Shown in pieces: positions 26,080-37,874 of a stretch of DNA of 64,000 nucleotides (positions within the stretch are counted from its first letter, which is position 1; the number at the start of each line of letters is the position of its first letter). The position numbers were made by a program, and so were the translations under genes. This DNA is from Octopus sinensis. Lineage: Eukaryota. A model generated the notes under the pieces. That model had not been told where the DNA came from and did no database searches. It worked only from the letters and a program-made list of their open reading frames with translations. The stretch spans positions 88,164,001 to 88,228,000 of the forward strand of contig NC_043005.1 of assembly GCF_006345805.1 (NCBI RefSeq), read 5' to 3'.

Positions 26080-27570
26080 GTTAGTTAATAGTGGCTTCAG
26101 AGTTCAGAGTAGAAAGACACCTAGAAGCAAACCAGTTTGGAAAAGAAAGATTTGGAAGCTTAAGGATCCTCTGAATAGTCAGAGATTTAGAGAGGTTCTA
26201 AATGAAGCATTTGGCAAGGAGGAGAAGGAGGAGGAGGAGAAGATTGTGATATAGGAATAACATAGAGGACAACTGGAGGTTCCGACCAGACAACGCAATG
26301 GGGGCCACTGACCAAATTTGTGGCTGGTGCAAAGTCCTCTCCACACCTAAGGTGACATGGTGGTGGAACAGGGAAGTAGACAGGGCTATTGGAGAATGGA
26401 ACGGGCCTGAAAGGACTAGAAGAGTGGTGGAAGCACAGAACTATTCCAGGAAGCCAGAAGGAAAGATAGGAGACAGGTATATTTAGAGAGGGCAGAAGCA
26501 AAAAGGTAGAACTTTACTAATGTTCTGCAGCATGAAGACCAGATATTTGTGGTGTTTCGGATTGCATGAGAGTATGGCAGAGAACAATAATGATGTAGGA
26601 TCGAAGTGTGTTTGCATGGATAATAGTTCACTTGCATTTAGAGATTCTGCAAAGAAAGAGGCTTGGAGTTGCCACTATGAAAGGCTGATAAATGTAGAGA
26701 AAGCATGGCAGAAGGAGAATCTACCTGATGTGGACCCAAATGAGGGACTAGCTATCTAAATCGGCAGTAGCCTGGTAGATAAAGTAAGGATATGACACAG
26801 GGAAAGCCTCCAGCCCATCAGGAATTAAGCTAAGATGTATAAAATAACTGGTGGCGGGGGATATGAGCTAGTCACCCATACAGTTAACCAGGTTGTCCAT
26901 GAAGGTGACGCACCCGATGGTTGGTGTAGCAACATTATAGTCAACTCTTCAAATGTAAAGGTGATACTTTAGACCGAGATAATTACAAAGGTATCAAATC
27001 GCTGGAACAGGTGATGAATGTTACAGAGAGGGTCAAAATTTAAAAAGGGAGAGTCTTGATGGAATGCAGTTTGGTTTTGTGTCAGGAAGATGCACAACTG
27101 ATGCTATCTTTTAGGTGAAGCTGCTTCAGGAGAAGTACTTGTTAAAAAAAATCTCTGTACTTTGCTTTCATTGACATGGAGAAAGCCTTTGACGGGATCC
27201 CCTGCTCCCTTATCTTGTGAGCAATGCAGAAGGCTAGAGATAAATGAGTGGCTGGTGAGAGCTGTAGATACCAGGTAGAGAGATGCTGATTGTAAGATGA
27301 AGGTTGGCAACGAGTATAACAGTGACTTCAGTTTACAGGTAGGAGTGTATACAAAGGATCGATTCTCAGCGCCCTTTTGTTCATCATAGTCCTCCAGGCC
27401 ATAACAGAAGAATTTCAGATGTGTTGTTCGTGAAAGCTCCTCTATGCTGATAACTTTGAACTTATTGCTGAATCACTACAAGAACTAGAGAAGAAATTTC
27501 AGGTGTGGAAGCAACGTTTGGAATCAAGGGGCCTTAGAATTGAGTTAGAAAAGACTAAAACCCTAGAAAG
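26080..27570 (+). mobile_element. RTE-clade LINE fragment (endonuclease end to RT)
   Basis: KVTWWWNREVDRAI, KEAWSCHYERLINVE, FIDMEKAFD, LLYADN; homologous to 37875-39760. Confidence 0.8.
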
Positions 27571-28299
27571 CCTTAATAAGAAGCAAGGTCTGATGTTTTG
27601 ACTTTTGGAAATTTCAACTCAACTGCTGTTTTGTCTTATTTTTTACTTTTTTGTTTTGTTGTTTTGCTTTTTTTATGCCTTGTTGCCAGGAATGAAATGG
27701 TTGCCTTTGTAAAAGACCGAATATCACCAAAGATAGCATCGATTTGGAAGCAGGTTGGAGCTTTCTTTCTAACACCAAGCTGTCGACAGATTCTAATCTG
27801 CCAGATGGCATGCTTGCTTGTTTGCTTTTATTTCATTTTATTTCATTTTTTAAACTCTTTGAAATACTTTAAAAGCTTTCTTTGAAACAAGTGAAAATAA
27901 ACCTAAATTCATAAATATCAATTTATATTTAATTTTCCACCCTAGAATCACAATTACAATTTTCACTTAAGAAGCAACAGTGGATTGTGAATCCTGTTAA
28001 GTCTTTTACAGAATCTAGTCCAGTGCTTTATACTTCCCTGTCTAGGGCCATAGCTTACCTTCTAAGGATGTTATTAAAGTTGCTGGCTGAACAGTCCTAT
28101 GCAGCCTTTGCCATATAAAGAGGCCCTGTACAGCCTTTTTACCTTTTCAAGTCAGCCCTGTGCAGCCCTTATCATTTAAAAAATCTCAGTATCACCTTTT
28201 TATCTGTTAAGGTCACACCATACATCCCTTATCCTTCTCCAAAGAAAGGTCTTCCTTTTTCCCTTGCCATCTTTAGGGCTACTCTCTATAAATAAACAG

Positions 28300-28425
28300 T
28301 CAACAGCCACAGCATCACTGGGTTGTAGAGGACCGACACAGGTGCAGCATTCTAGTTCATCAGCCCTGGTCAAACCGTCCAGTCCATGTCAGCATGGACA
28401 ACGGACGTTAAATTATGATGAAGAT
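28300..28425 (+). mobile_element. RTE-type SINE/LINE 3' tail
   Basis: AAACCGTCCAGTCCATGTCAGCATGGACAACGGACGTTAAATTATGATG, shared with 41060-41130. Confidence 0.6.
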
Positions 28426-28429
28426 GCAT

Positions 28430-28755
<326 letters not shown>

Positions 28756-28904
28756 TTCATTTTCTACAGGTAGCTGAACCTAGCTTTATTTAATTGTTTA
28801 TATACTTCTGCAGTATTTCCTTTCCCCAATTCTTTCTCACTCCTTCTGCTAGAGTCTCCTTTCATTTTCAAATTTATGCTATCTGAAATTATGTTAAATC
28901 TATT

Positions 28905-29290
28905 CATTTACCACATGCAGAAGACATGCAGAAAGAAATGAAGGTAGTATGCTCCGATGGATGTGCAGCATCAGTGCGCATATACAATGAAGTGCAAATG
29001 TATTGGGATGGTAGTTGGTCATAAGAGGAATCAAATGTAGCAAGAGAGTAGACTACGTTGGTTTGGACATGTGATGTGTATGAATGTGGACAGCTGCATA
29101 AAAAAAAGTGTGGATCACTGAATGTGGATGGTACCTGTGGAAGAGGGACACCCAAAATAAAGTGGTGAGGACTGATCTCAGGAAGTTGGGCCTCACGAAA
29201 GAAATGACAATGGGCCAAGATATCTGGTGATATGAAGTTCTTGAGAAGACCCGCCCACATCAGCAAAAATAACTTGTAGAAGTGCTGTGT
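28905..29290 (+). mobile_element. RTE LINE ORF 3' end, probably the continuation of 26080-27570
   Basis: MLRWMCS...decayed RLRWFGHV-like region...DLRKLGLTKEMT...LEKTRP. Confidence 0.65.
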
Positions 29291-30539
29291 GTCCCACCAA
29301 CACTTAACAAGGAAAACTCTCGCACACTCTACCACAGCAAACCAAACTACACCTCTTCCTCGCATTTCCAATTCATGAACAGTACGTGATGTTTCCCTGC
29401 AGAGTTACCTCTCTTACGTCACTGTGTAACTCATGTCTACTACGTCATCAAAATATAAAAATGTTTCCGTACTGGCGCTCGTCCAAATCTCTTTTTTAGA
29501 ACGTAACATACACTATGATTACCTCGTTTGGCCCTGTTTCATTGTATCATTGCTATTGACTTGCCCCGACCTGTGTGTTCCACCCGCACGCCTTGTTTCA
29601 CTGAATCATTGCTATCCGCTAGCTTCCGACCCACATGTAACAAGAAAACTTTTCATTCCCCCTACCCCAACAAACCAATCTAATGTATGCCTACTTCCAC
29701 TTCCCAATCCTGTTCTCACTGCTCTATTTCTCTCACTGCTCTATCCGGTTGCACAGCTATATATATACACACTCTATATATACCCAGGTTTTCGCCACTG
29801 ACCTCTCACTCACCCCTCCACACTTTCTAGTCACGCTTCTTTCGCAATATCCTGCCACTTATATTATGACGTTCGAACCTCAGGGTAGGCCAGATGACAA
29901 TTGCCACCATCTATACTCTGGAATCTATACATGGAATTTAGCTTTCAGAATACCACAACTTTTACAACCTGGCCACCACCACCAATTGGCAGCAAGCTGA
30001 AGGACACAAAATACAGCAGATATGGACTTCCAGAACCGATATTCTTAGAGTTTAATTTAATGTATTTCCAATTTTAATGATTACATGGGCGTTTATACAC
30101 TTCTGTTATGTCTATGTATTTAAATGCATATATATAGACACATATACATAGACACATATACAGATACATATATATAGACACATATCCATAGATACATATA
30201 CATACATACTGGAACAGGTCCATTAAATAAAAAAATATTACAAATGAAATGTAAGTACATATACATTTATACACCCACACCACACACCACAAACACACAA
30301 ATACAGTCTTTGTCTTTCCCTTCCCTCTCTCACTCCCATACAACACCCAATCCCAAATTCAATCCTTTCACTCACATTCCTCCCTCTTTCTCCCATACCT
30401 CCACTTACACTCCCACAGGTATTCTCATTTTCACACCTGATACATATATTATGTATGCACGAAAGGAGGAAATAGAGGCAGACACATTTAGAACTTGCTT
30501 GAAGCAGACGACACATTTGTTCTGAGAGGTTTGTTCACC

Positions 30540-30682
30540 ATGGACTACGAAGAAGTGATTGGCACAATTGGAGGATGTGGACTTTATCAGAAACTGATGT
30601 TAGCTTTTCTATTCTCTTCAACCATTATGGATGGTTTACAAATTGGAAGCATGATATTTATTGTACCTGACTTAGATTACAG
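30540..30682 (+). CDS. SLC22-like gene 2, coding exon 1 (TM1)
   Basis: Kozak CACCATGG; MDYEEVIGTIGGCGLYQKLMLAFLFSSTIMDGLQIGSMIFIVPDLDYR; AG|GTAAGT donor at 30683, phase 2. Confidence 0.92.
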
Positions 30683-31187
30683 GTAAGTTTATAATAATGA
30701 TTTCTTCGTATTATTATTTATTCCAGGTGGGTCGTTAAAATGGTAGCGCTTCAACCACAAATTCCTTGAAACAATTTTCTTTTGTTGTTTGGGGGTCAAA
30801 AATATTTCTCACTTTCCGCCCCTACCATGGGTTTACTATACACTTGATTTTATCAACCTTTTGATATCATCCCTGCATATTCTCTACCCATAATTCCTGG
30901 AAGGATCATGGGCGCAGAGTCCTCAGGTACATCCCCCATAGGGTCCCATCAGAAGCAACTTCCTAAATCTCCTTCCCAGACACCTAGTTATAGACTTGAA
31001 GAGGGAGGCTCAACAAAGCGATCCCTCTATAATTAGAGCCCTCTCTTTTGTCTCCCTTTTTAAAAACTCCTTCAGACATCAATCAATATGTTACTAAGGA
31101 TGTAGTGTCATTGATTTAATCAAGGGTACCCTCATCCTTCACTCCAGAATCCTGTTTGGTTATATATTGCTTAAAGCTGCTTTCGTT

Positions 31188-31223
<36 letters not shown>

Positions 31224-31229
31224 TATGCA

Positions 31230-31575
31230 TATCTGTGTGTCTGTGTTTGTGTGCCACAGCCACTAGACTACTTACTACTTGTGCTTGCATGTTTACATCC
31301 CTGTAGCTTAGCGGTTCAGCACCTTAAGGGGTTTAGTTGAACAAATAAATCCTAATTCTTCGTATATACTCTATCCGTGTTTTTATTGCCAAACTGCTAG
31401 GTTACACGAGTCTAAACAAACCAACACTGGTTGTCAAGCAGTGGTGATTGACAGACACAAACGCATGCACACAGACACACACACGCACAAATGATAGGCT
31501 TCATCAAAGTGTTACACAGTGGGACTAAACCTGAAGTCTGGTGATTGCCAAGTTATTTTCTTAACCACACAGCCA
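31230..31575. mobile_element. Two decayed SINE family B pieces in opposite orientation
   Basis: CCCTGTAGCTTAGCGGTTC on plus; GGTTGTCAAGCAGTGG...CAGTGGGACTAAACC...TTAACCACACAGCC as a minus copy. Confidence 0.55.
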
Positions 31576-31850
31576 TAATTGTTGCATTCTGTAAAATAAT
31601 GAGCACCAAATGTAGTTAAAGTGAACGACAGGGTAGTTCTATTAATTAAAAAGCAAAGAGTCTCAAATGTGGTCACACCTCCAATAGCAAGTCAACAAGC
31701 AGAATGAATGGATGGATGGATGGATGGATAGCAGAAGGTATTTTGGTACATTAGTAATTTTTAAGAATGTATGCTCTCTCTTCTGGATTTGTTCTTTAGA
31801 ATTTATTTTGATTGATGACAATATCATAAAGAAATACATGTAAATGTGTG

Positions 31851-31914
<64 letters not shown>

Positions 31915-32399
31915 CAAACACACACACACACATATAATATTGCAATGGAATCTGCCCCACGCCATTCCTGCCCAAGGCGTAAAACATACGGTCACTACTA
32001 GATTGTTTTATTATAACTGAGCAAAAAAGGGTTAATTTAACAAGAGACCCTTTGAAAAATCCCCTGACGAGACACTTCTACACAAAGGTATGCACCACAG
32101 TCAGTTGCACACTACCTCCCCACCCCCACCATGAGGGATCGATGCAAGATGGGTCTAAATGATCGTTGTGACCAATGAAGTCCATCATACATTCTATCTC
32201 TATCATTTATTATTATGTATATTGAAAGATACAGATAAGGAAATAATTTTATTCTCAAACGCAGGATAATTCTAACAATATAGCATGGACAGGTACGAAG
32301 ACATGATTAAGTTTATAACCTTTTGTACGGTTCCAGCTACGTCTGTACGTTAGTGTCACGTGACAGTATATTTTACGACTAAAAAGAAGGCTGACACGG

Positions 32400-34205
32400 T
32401 TGATTGAACCTGTTTAGTTACAATCAAAGTACTCCAAATTTAATCTGTCTGGTGTGAGAGTGGACAGTAGTCGTTTGTATATAGTCCAATGGCTAAAATG
32501 TAGGTTGTTAGCTGTTTAGTTTCCTCATAAATGGAAGAATGAGTTTTGTGTGTGAATAGTTGTGTGTGTACTCTGTTAAAGTCTGTTCATTCTTGGTTTG
32601 TACTTTTGTATGAAAGTATTCTCTTTGTTTATCAGTGCTTCAACTGTGGTATTCGCCGAACATAGGTTGAGTGGGAATTTGAGAGACTTTTTGCACATCT
32701 GTCTATGTGACCACTCCGTGGGATCTGTCTAGTACTGGGGTCCCGTATTTCTTATCGGTGAATGGTCAGTCTATTTCTTATAGTAAGCTTTGTTTGACCT
32801 ATGTAATCTTCATTACATCCTTGACATTTTATCTGCGTCGTAGCAGATTTGTTACGTTTCCACCCCTTCATTGGATGGGAGAAATTTTAAATAATAATGG
32901 CAACTAGTTTTGAAAGCTTGACCTCTTTGAAGGAGGAAGATTCGTTAGCTGACGCCTTATTGGAAAAAGCATTCAATCCTGAAAAAATGTTTCGAACACG
33001 CAACCAAAAATGTCACAAAACTCAATCACGGCAGCTAGTATAACTAAAGAAGACGGTAGGAATGAACTGAATAAATATAAGGGCCTATTCCAGAATGTGA
33101 AAGTTACTCCGGCAGAAGATGTGACCCATAGAGGGGAACTGTGTTTTTTAAAACGTATATTGTAAAAAGTTTTTAAAAATCAATATGGCCTGGAAGGAGG
33201 CAATAGAAAAGTACCTGCAGCTTATATGGAAGGACATCACCAGGGGAAAAAAGTTCGCCTCTGTAGAAGTAAAATTCGCCATGGAAGAAAAGGCCAAGCA
33301 GCATTCCACCTCCCCGCTCAAGTCGTGAAGGTAAAAGAAATACCACCAGATGTGGATGTTGCTTAGCTTATGCCCGGCATTGACATTGGACTTGGGGTAC
33401 CAAATAACGATCTTCCGGGTCACAAATTCCACCAACAAAATTGGCAGGGACAGGGATTAGAAATGTTAACCTAAGCAGCCCCTGCCGATTTGGACGAGAT
33501 CCCCGATACTATAGTAATCGGGGATGAAACTAATTTAAGGGTAATAGTGGAGGGGCGAAAGCCCAGGTGCTATAAGTGTGGCTAAAAGGGCCACATAAGA
33601 TCCGAATACCCTCCACCATCGGTGCCTATACCGACCACCAAACCAACAGCATTGTAAAAAAAACACTGAAAATACGGGAAAACCAGATGAAAAAACACCT
33701 GAAACCCAGCCACCAGCCCCAAAGGTTTCAACGAAACCAATTACAAGAATGGCAACAGAGAATGAAATACAATAACTACCCAAAGAAGACAATAAATGGA
33801 CTACTGTCACCCCCCACACACAAAAAATAGGCAGAAAAAGGTAAGACAACTTTATGCTCTTGTTCAACATAGGTTGCATAAATGTACGCAGGCTGGGGAC
33901 GAATGGAAAGCAAAACTTCCTCCTTGATGACCTCAGGTTGCTTAGATTATATTTAGTAGTTACTACTGAAATCAGACTGAGGGAACTGCAGACTTTTTCA
34001 CCACCACTCCCCTAAATGGCTACGAGGTGTTTATTTCTCCAAGACAACCTGGAGGGGTGAGTTGCAGTTCCACTCAGGAAAAATCTGGAATTAGAGGTAA
34101 GAACTGTCCTTGTAGACCCAGAGGGCAGGTTGGTCGTCTTTCACGTGAAGCACAGCAGCGGTAAGTCCTTCAGATTGGCAGCTGTCTATGCTCCTTGTAG
34201 TGATT
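32400..34205 (+). mobile_element. Tx1/L1-like LINE: 5'UTR, ORF1 and start of ORF2 (AP endonuclease), 3' truncated
   Basis: ORF1 TRGKKFASVEVKF and VEGRKPRCYKCG*KGHIRSE; ORF2 IGCINVRRLG...RLAAVYAP. Confidence 0.7.
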
Positions 34206-34318
34206 GAAAATAAATGTCCAACCGTACTATTTCTTGTTGACCCCAAATTAATTCAATTATATATACATATATACACACACAAATACACACACATGAACAC
34301 ATAGATGATATATATATA

Positions 34319-35786
34319 CTAGGATTAACAGACTGGGATTGTAGGCCCGTCTCTTGCAATTTCGATCAATTGTATCTTGTCCTCCCTCTTGTATAGAAGT
34401 GTAGCTACAATCCAGCCTACCTCTACTTCTGGTGGGAGGGGGGATTTTTAATTTTTATCCGGGACGTCATACGTCCCAGATATAAAGGTAACAATAAAAT
34501 AATTCCATTTTGCAAGGTTCGAGTCGAGTACTCTCTTGCACGCTCCGTTGACTCGAACCTTGCTTCTATTGTGGCGAATTTACCGCTTCTGGTTAGATAC
34601 TTGATATCTTTCATAGTCGCACCAAGACACTTTTCAATGGTACTTTCCTCCAGGTGTTCAAATCTTTTTTCCCTACATTGTATACTTTATAGACAATAGT
34701 CTTTCCTTTAATTTAATTTTTTATTTCGTTTGGTGGTGTTATCCTAGATTCACCGTCTTTGTCGGTGATCAATCCGAAATAGGTTTGTATTTCTTCCAAT
34801 GTAATTTTAATGAGTTCGCGCCCGCCGACGTCTGCAGCGAAATTCATTTTTGGACTTTCTTCTATCGAAGACATTTTAACAAAAATGCTTCCGTATAAAC
34901 GGTGAAAATATTGTCAATTTCCCCAAACATGGACACAATTCAATTTTTAAACAATAACCAAAGCTCTTCTCCGAAAGGGGTAGGGTTACGGTTTACAATT
35001 ATTTAATAAATACAACACAACAACGCTTCCCTTGCGAGGAACCAACAAACGTGATAACAATAGTTAAACAGTAATAATAATAACAACAAACCTTACGGTG
35101 AATCAAAAAGCAGTACTCAGTTGAAGCTATAGTCTTTTATAGATCAGAAATAAACCAACAGCAGTACTCAGTAGAAGCGGCTGTTCGAGAAAAACAGACA
35201 TTACATACAGCCAAACTTCATATAGATACTTAATGCTAGCTAATTAGCAGGTAATCTAATGTAAAAGCCATGGCAAAGGGTATGTGCACAGCTCCATCTG
35301 GACTATTCCATTTCTGCACTTAAATTTTATTTTTATTTATTCCCATTCATGTGAAACAACTTATTTAAGTTCAAGTCATTGATGCAATTTTATACTAATT
35401 GCTATTTTTACTTTTAATTGTTATGTTACGATTTAATTATTATATTATACTTTAGTTTGATTTTAATTATTACTTACTACATATAATTCAGTTGTTATTA
35501 TTATCTCTAATTTTTATTGTTAAAGTGAAAGTATCTGACATAAAATAGAGAAATGTTTTTGTTTCACTTTTAACACGTAATACTGAAATAATGGAGAAGA
35601 TATGATATTGCTATGGGCTCGCCCAAGGCAAGAATTTGAACATTTTTTGCCCATGAAACTACATGGACCCTAAGTAAGGCATGTGTAAAATTTGAATGAA
35701 ATTGGTTGTGTAGTTCTCAAGTTTTAGGGAAACACACAGACAGACAGATAGACAGACACACATTCTCAGTTTTATATATATAGAGA
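34319..35786 (-). mobile_element. Non-autonomous Helitron with captured LINE fragment (copy b)
   Basis: High identity by eye to 7796-9215; 5' A|TCTCTATATATATAAAACTGAG; CTAG|T at 34319, but the subterminal hairpin segment is missing. Confidence 0.75.
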
Positions 35787-35821
35787 TACACACATATTCA
35801 CACACCTGCATACATATATAT

Positions 35822-35975
35822 ATGATGGGCTTCTTTCAGTTTCCATCCACCAAATTCATTCACAAAGCTTTGGTCAGCCATGTGGCCCTAGTAGAAAGCA
35901 CTTGGCCAAGGTGCTGCTAAGTAGGACTGAACCTAAGTCGAAATGGTTGAGAAGTAAACTTCTTATCCAGATAAA
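35822..35975 (-). mobile_element. SINE family B 5' half
   Basis: Reverse complement of the head and CORE-like box. Confidence 0.6.
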
Positions 35976-36121
35976 CAAACTTGTGTCTAAATTATGACAT
36001 TTGAATACAAAGAAACAGAAAAAGAAAAAGAAAGTAAGAAGTGGGGAAGGGTAACGCTACAGAAGATGTAATTTTAATTTAAATGAAAGATCAAAGAAAC
36101 ATATTTTGTATATTTTCCTAG

Positions 36122-36344
36122 GTGTGCTATTCCTGGTTACGACAACGACACGTATAAAATCCAAAGTGAAATCCATGAAGAACTGATCAACGAATATATT
36201 CCAAAGAGTGAGGATGAAGGGGAGGTGGTTTATGATAAATGTTTGATATATTCCAATACCACAGAAAATGGAAATCGAACGACACAGAAGTGCAACTCTT
36301 GGGTGTATGATAAAACCAATACGCACAACTCAATCACCACTGAG
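36122..36344 (+). CDS. SLC22-like gene 2, coding exon 2 (large extracellular loop)
   Basis: TTTTCCTAG acceptor completes the Arg codon; CAIPGYDNDTY...DKCLIYSNTT...QKCNSWVYDKT...SITTE; GTAAGG donor at 36345, phase 0; three N-X-T sequons. Confidence 0.93.
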
Positions 36345-36435
36345 GTAAGGTTCTTTTGAAAGTCACAAGTCACATACAAGCTAATCTGTTTATCATTCTA
36401 TCTACCTACCAAACTGTCTTACTCTCCACCTATCA

Positions 36436-36474
<39 letters not shown>

Positions 36475-36494
36475 CATACACGCACAGATGTATC

Positions 36495-36556
<62 letters not shown>

Positions 36557-36559
<3 letters not shown>

Positions 36560-37862
36560 AGTCAAAATAGAAAATGCTAAAATAATTTTATAAAGAACAT
36601 TTCAGTACCGGTTTCGGTCATTTTGAGACCTTTTCAACTGTAACGATTAAATAATTAAATTTAGAAAAATTAAAAGAAAAGTTTTTTAAAGGAATATTTG
36701 TATAGTGTTCAAATATAAGTGGCATTCTGCCTTTCTCTGTCTCCCTTGTTTGCACTTGTGTGTTCAAGGTCGGGTAGAAGAAGAAGAAAGTTGATGAGGA
36801 GAGGGGGTGGGAAAATTTGGGAGTGCTTTGATTGTCGTATTTTGAATGGTCAGCGACGGCTAGCAGTTGCAGTTCAATTCAGGAGAATATTTCTATTGAA
36901 AGGTTTGTTTATGGAATTTGCGTGGGTGTTATACTAAAAAGCATTAGTGATAAAGTTAAGAGGTAGAAGGTGGTGCAGAAGAAGAAAGAAGTAGAAGATG
37001 ACGATGTTGATGATGATGATGATGGTGAAGAAGAAGAAGAAGAAGAAGAAGAAGAAGAAGGAGAAGGAGAAGAAGAAGATGATGATGATGGTGATGATGA
37101 TGACGACGATGATGATGATAATGATGATGATGATAATGATAATGATGAAGAAGAAGAGGAAGAAGAAGAAAAAAGAGAAGGGAGAATATGAATGAGTGGA
37201 AGTAGTGAGGTGTTGTATGACTTGAAGTTGGCACGTTATGGATTATAGCTGTGATTGGGGCTGATTTGTAATGGATTCTTTGGAATGTAATATTTGCGTG
37301 TGTATTTCTGTTATTCTAAAGCTGAGGTGTATTAATCGTTTATCGTAGACCCGTTAAGAAGTGGCCTGTATTTTGTAATAAAGAGAGTTTCTTTACTTAT
37401 TCGTTGTCTCGAGGTTGTATCGTCCCTAAATTGGTAGAGGGGGAAAATCCTGAAGCCTGGTGTTTTGTTGTTGGCGCAAGTATCTATGTGTTGGCTGAAA
37501 GCTATTTTTCTGTTTTGGGGAATTTTTATCTGGGATCTGTGCAGGGCCATTCTTTTACGCAAACTATTTTTTGTTTGGCCTATGTACTGCTCTTGACACC
37601 CAGAGCAGGTTAGTGTGTATATCAGGTTCTCCGAAGCACATGTGAAGTTGCTTTTCTCTGTAAACCGTTGTCCCTGTTTGAAGGAGAACTCTGATCCCTC
37701 AATTAGATAATCGCATATCCCGCAATTGGGTCTTACACATTTTTTTACTGTCGGCTTCTGTGTTGAAGAGTGTATTCGGGCTTGTGTTAGGAGACTTTTC
37801 ATAGATTTAAGCTGTCTCTTGCTTTTTATGATCGTGCATCTTTTAGTTTCCACATTAACCAC
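36557..37862 (-). mobile_element. Penelope-like element, 5'-truncated: GIY-YIG endonuclease ORF end + pseudo-LTR
   Basis: ORF 37332-37862 CVRPNCGICD...NLIYTLTCSGCQEQYIGQT...R...H; 3' region shared with 43900-44974; ends in (TA)n. Confidence 0.88.
36603..36640 (-). ncRNA. Minimal hammerhead ribozyme fold, U3:A8 variant
   Basis: CAG-TTGAAAA-GGTC tcaaaat GACC-GAA-ACCGGT-A-CTG on the same strand as the GIY-YIG ORF. Confidence 0.65.
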
Positions 37863-37874
37863 CAGATAAGGGGT

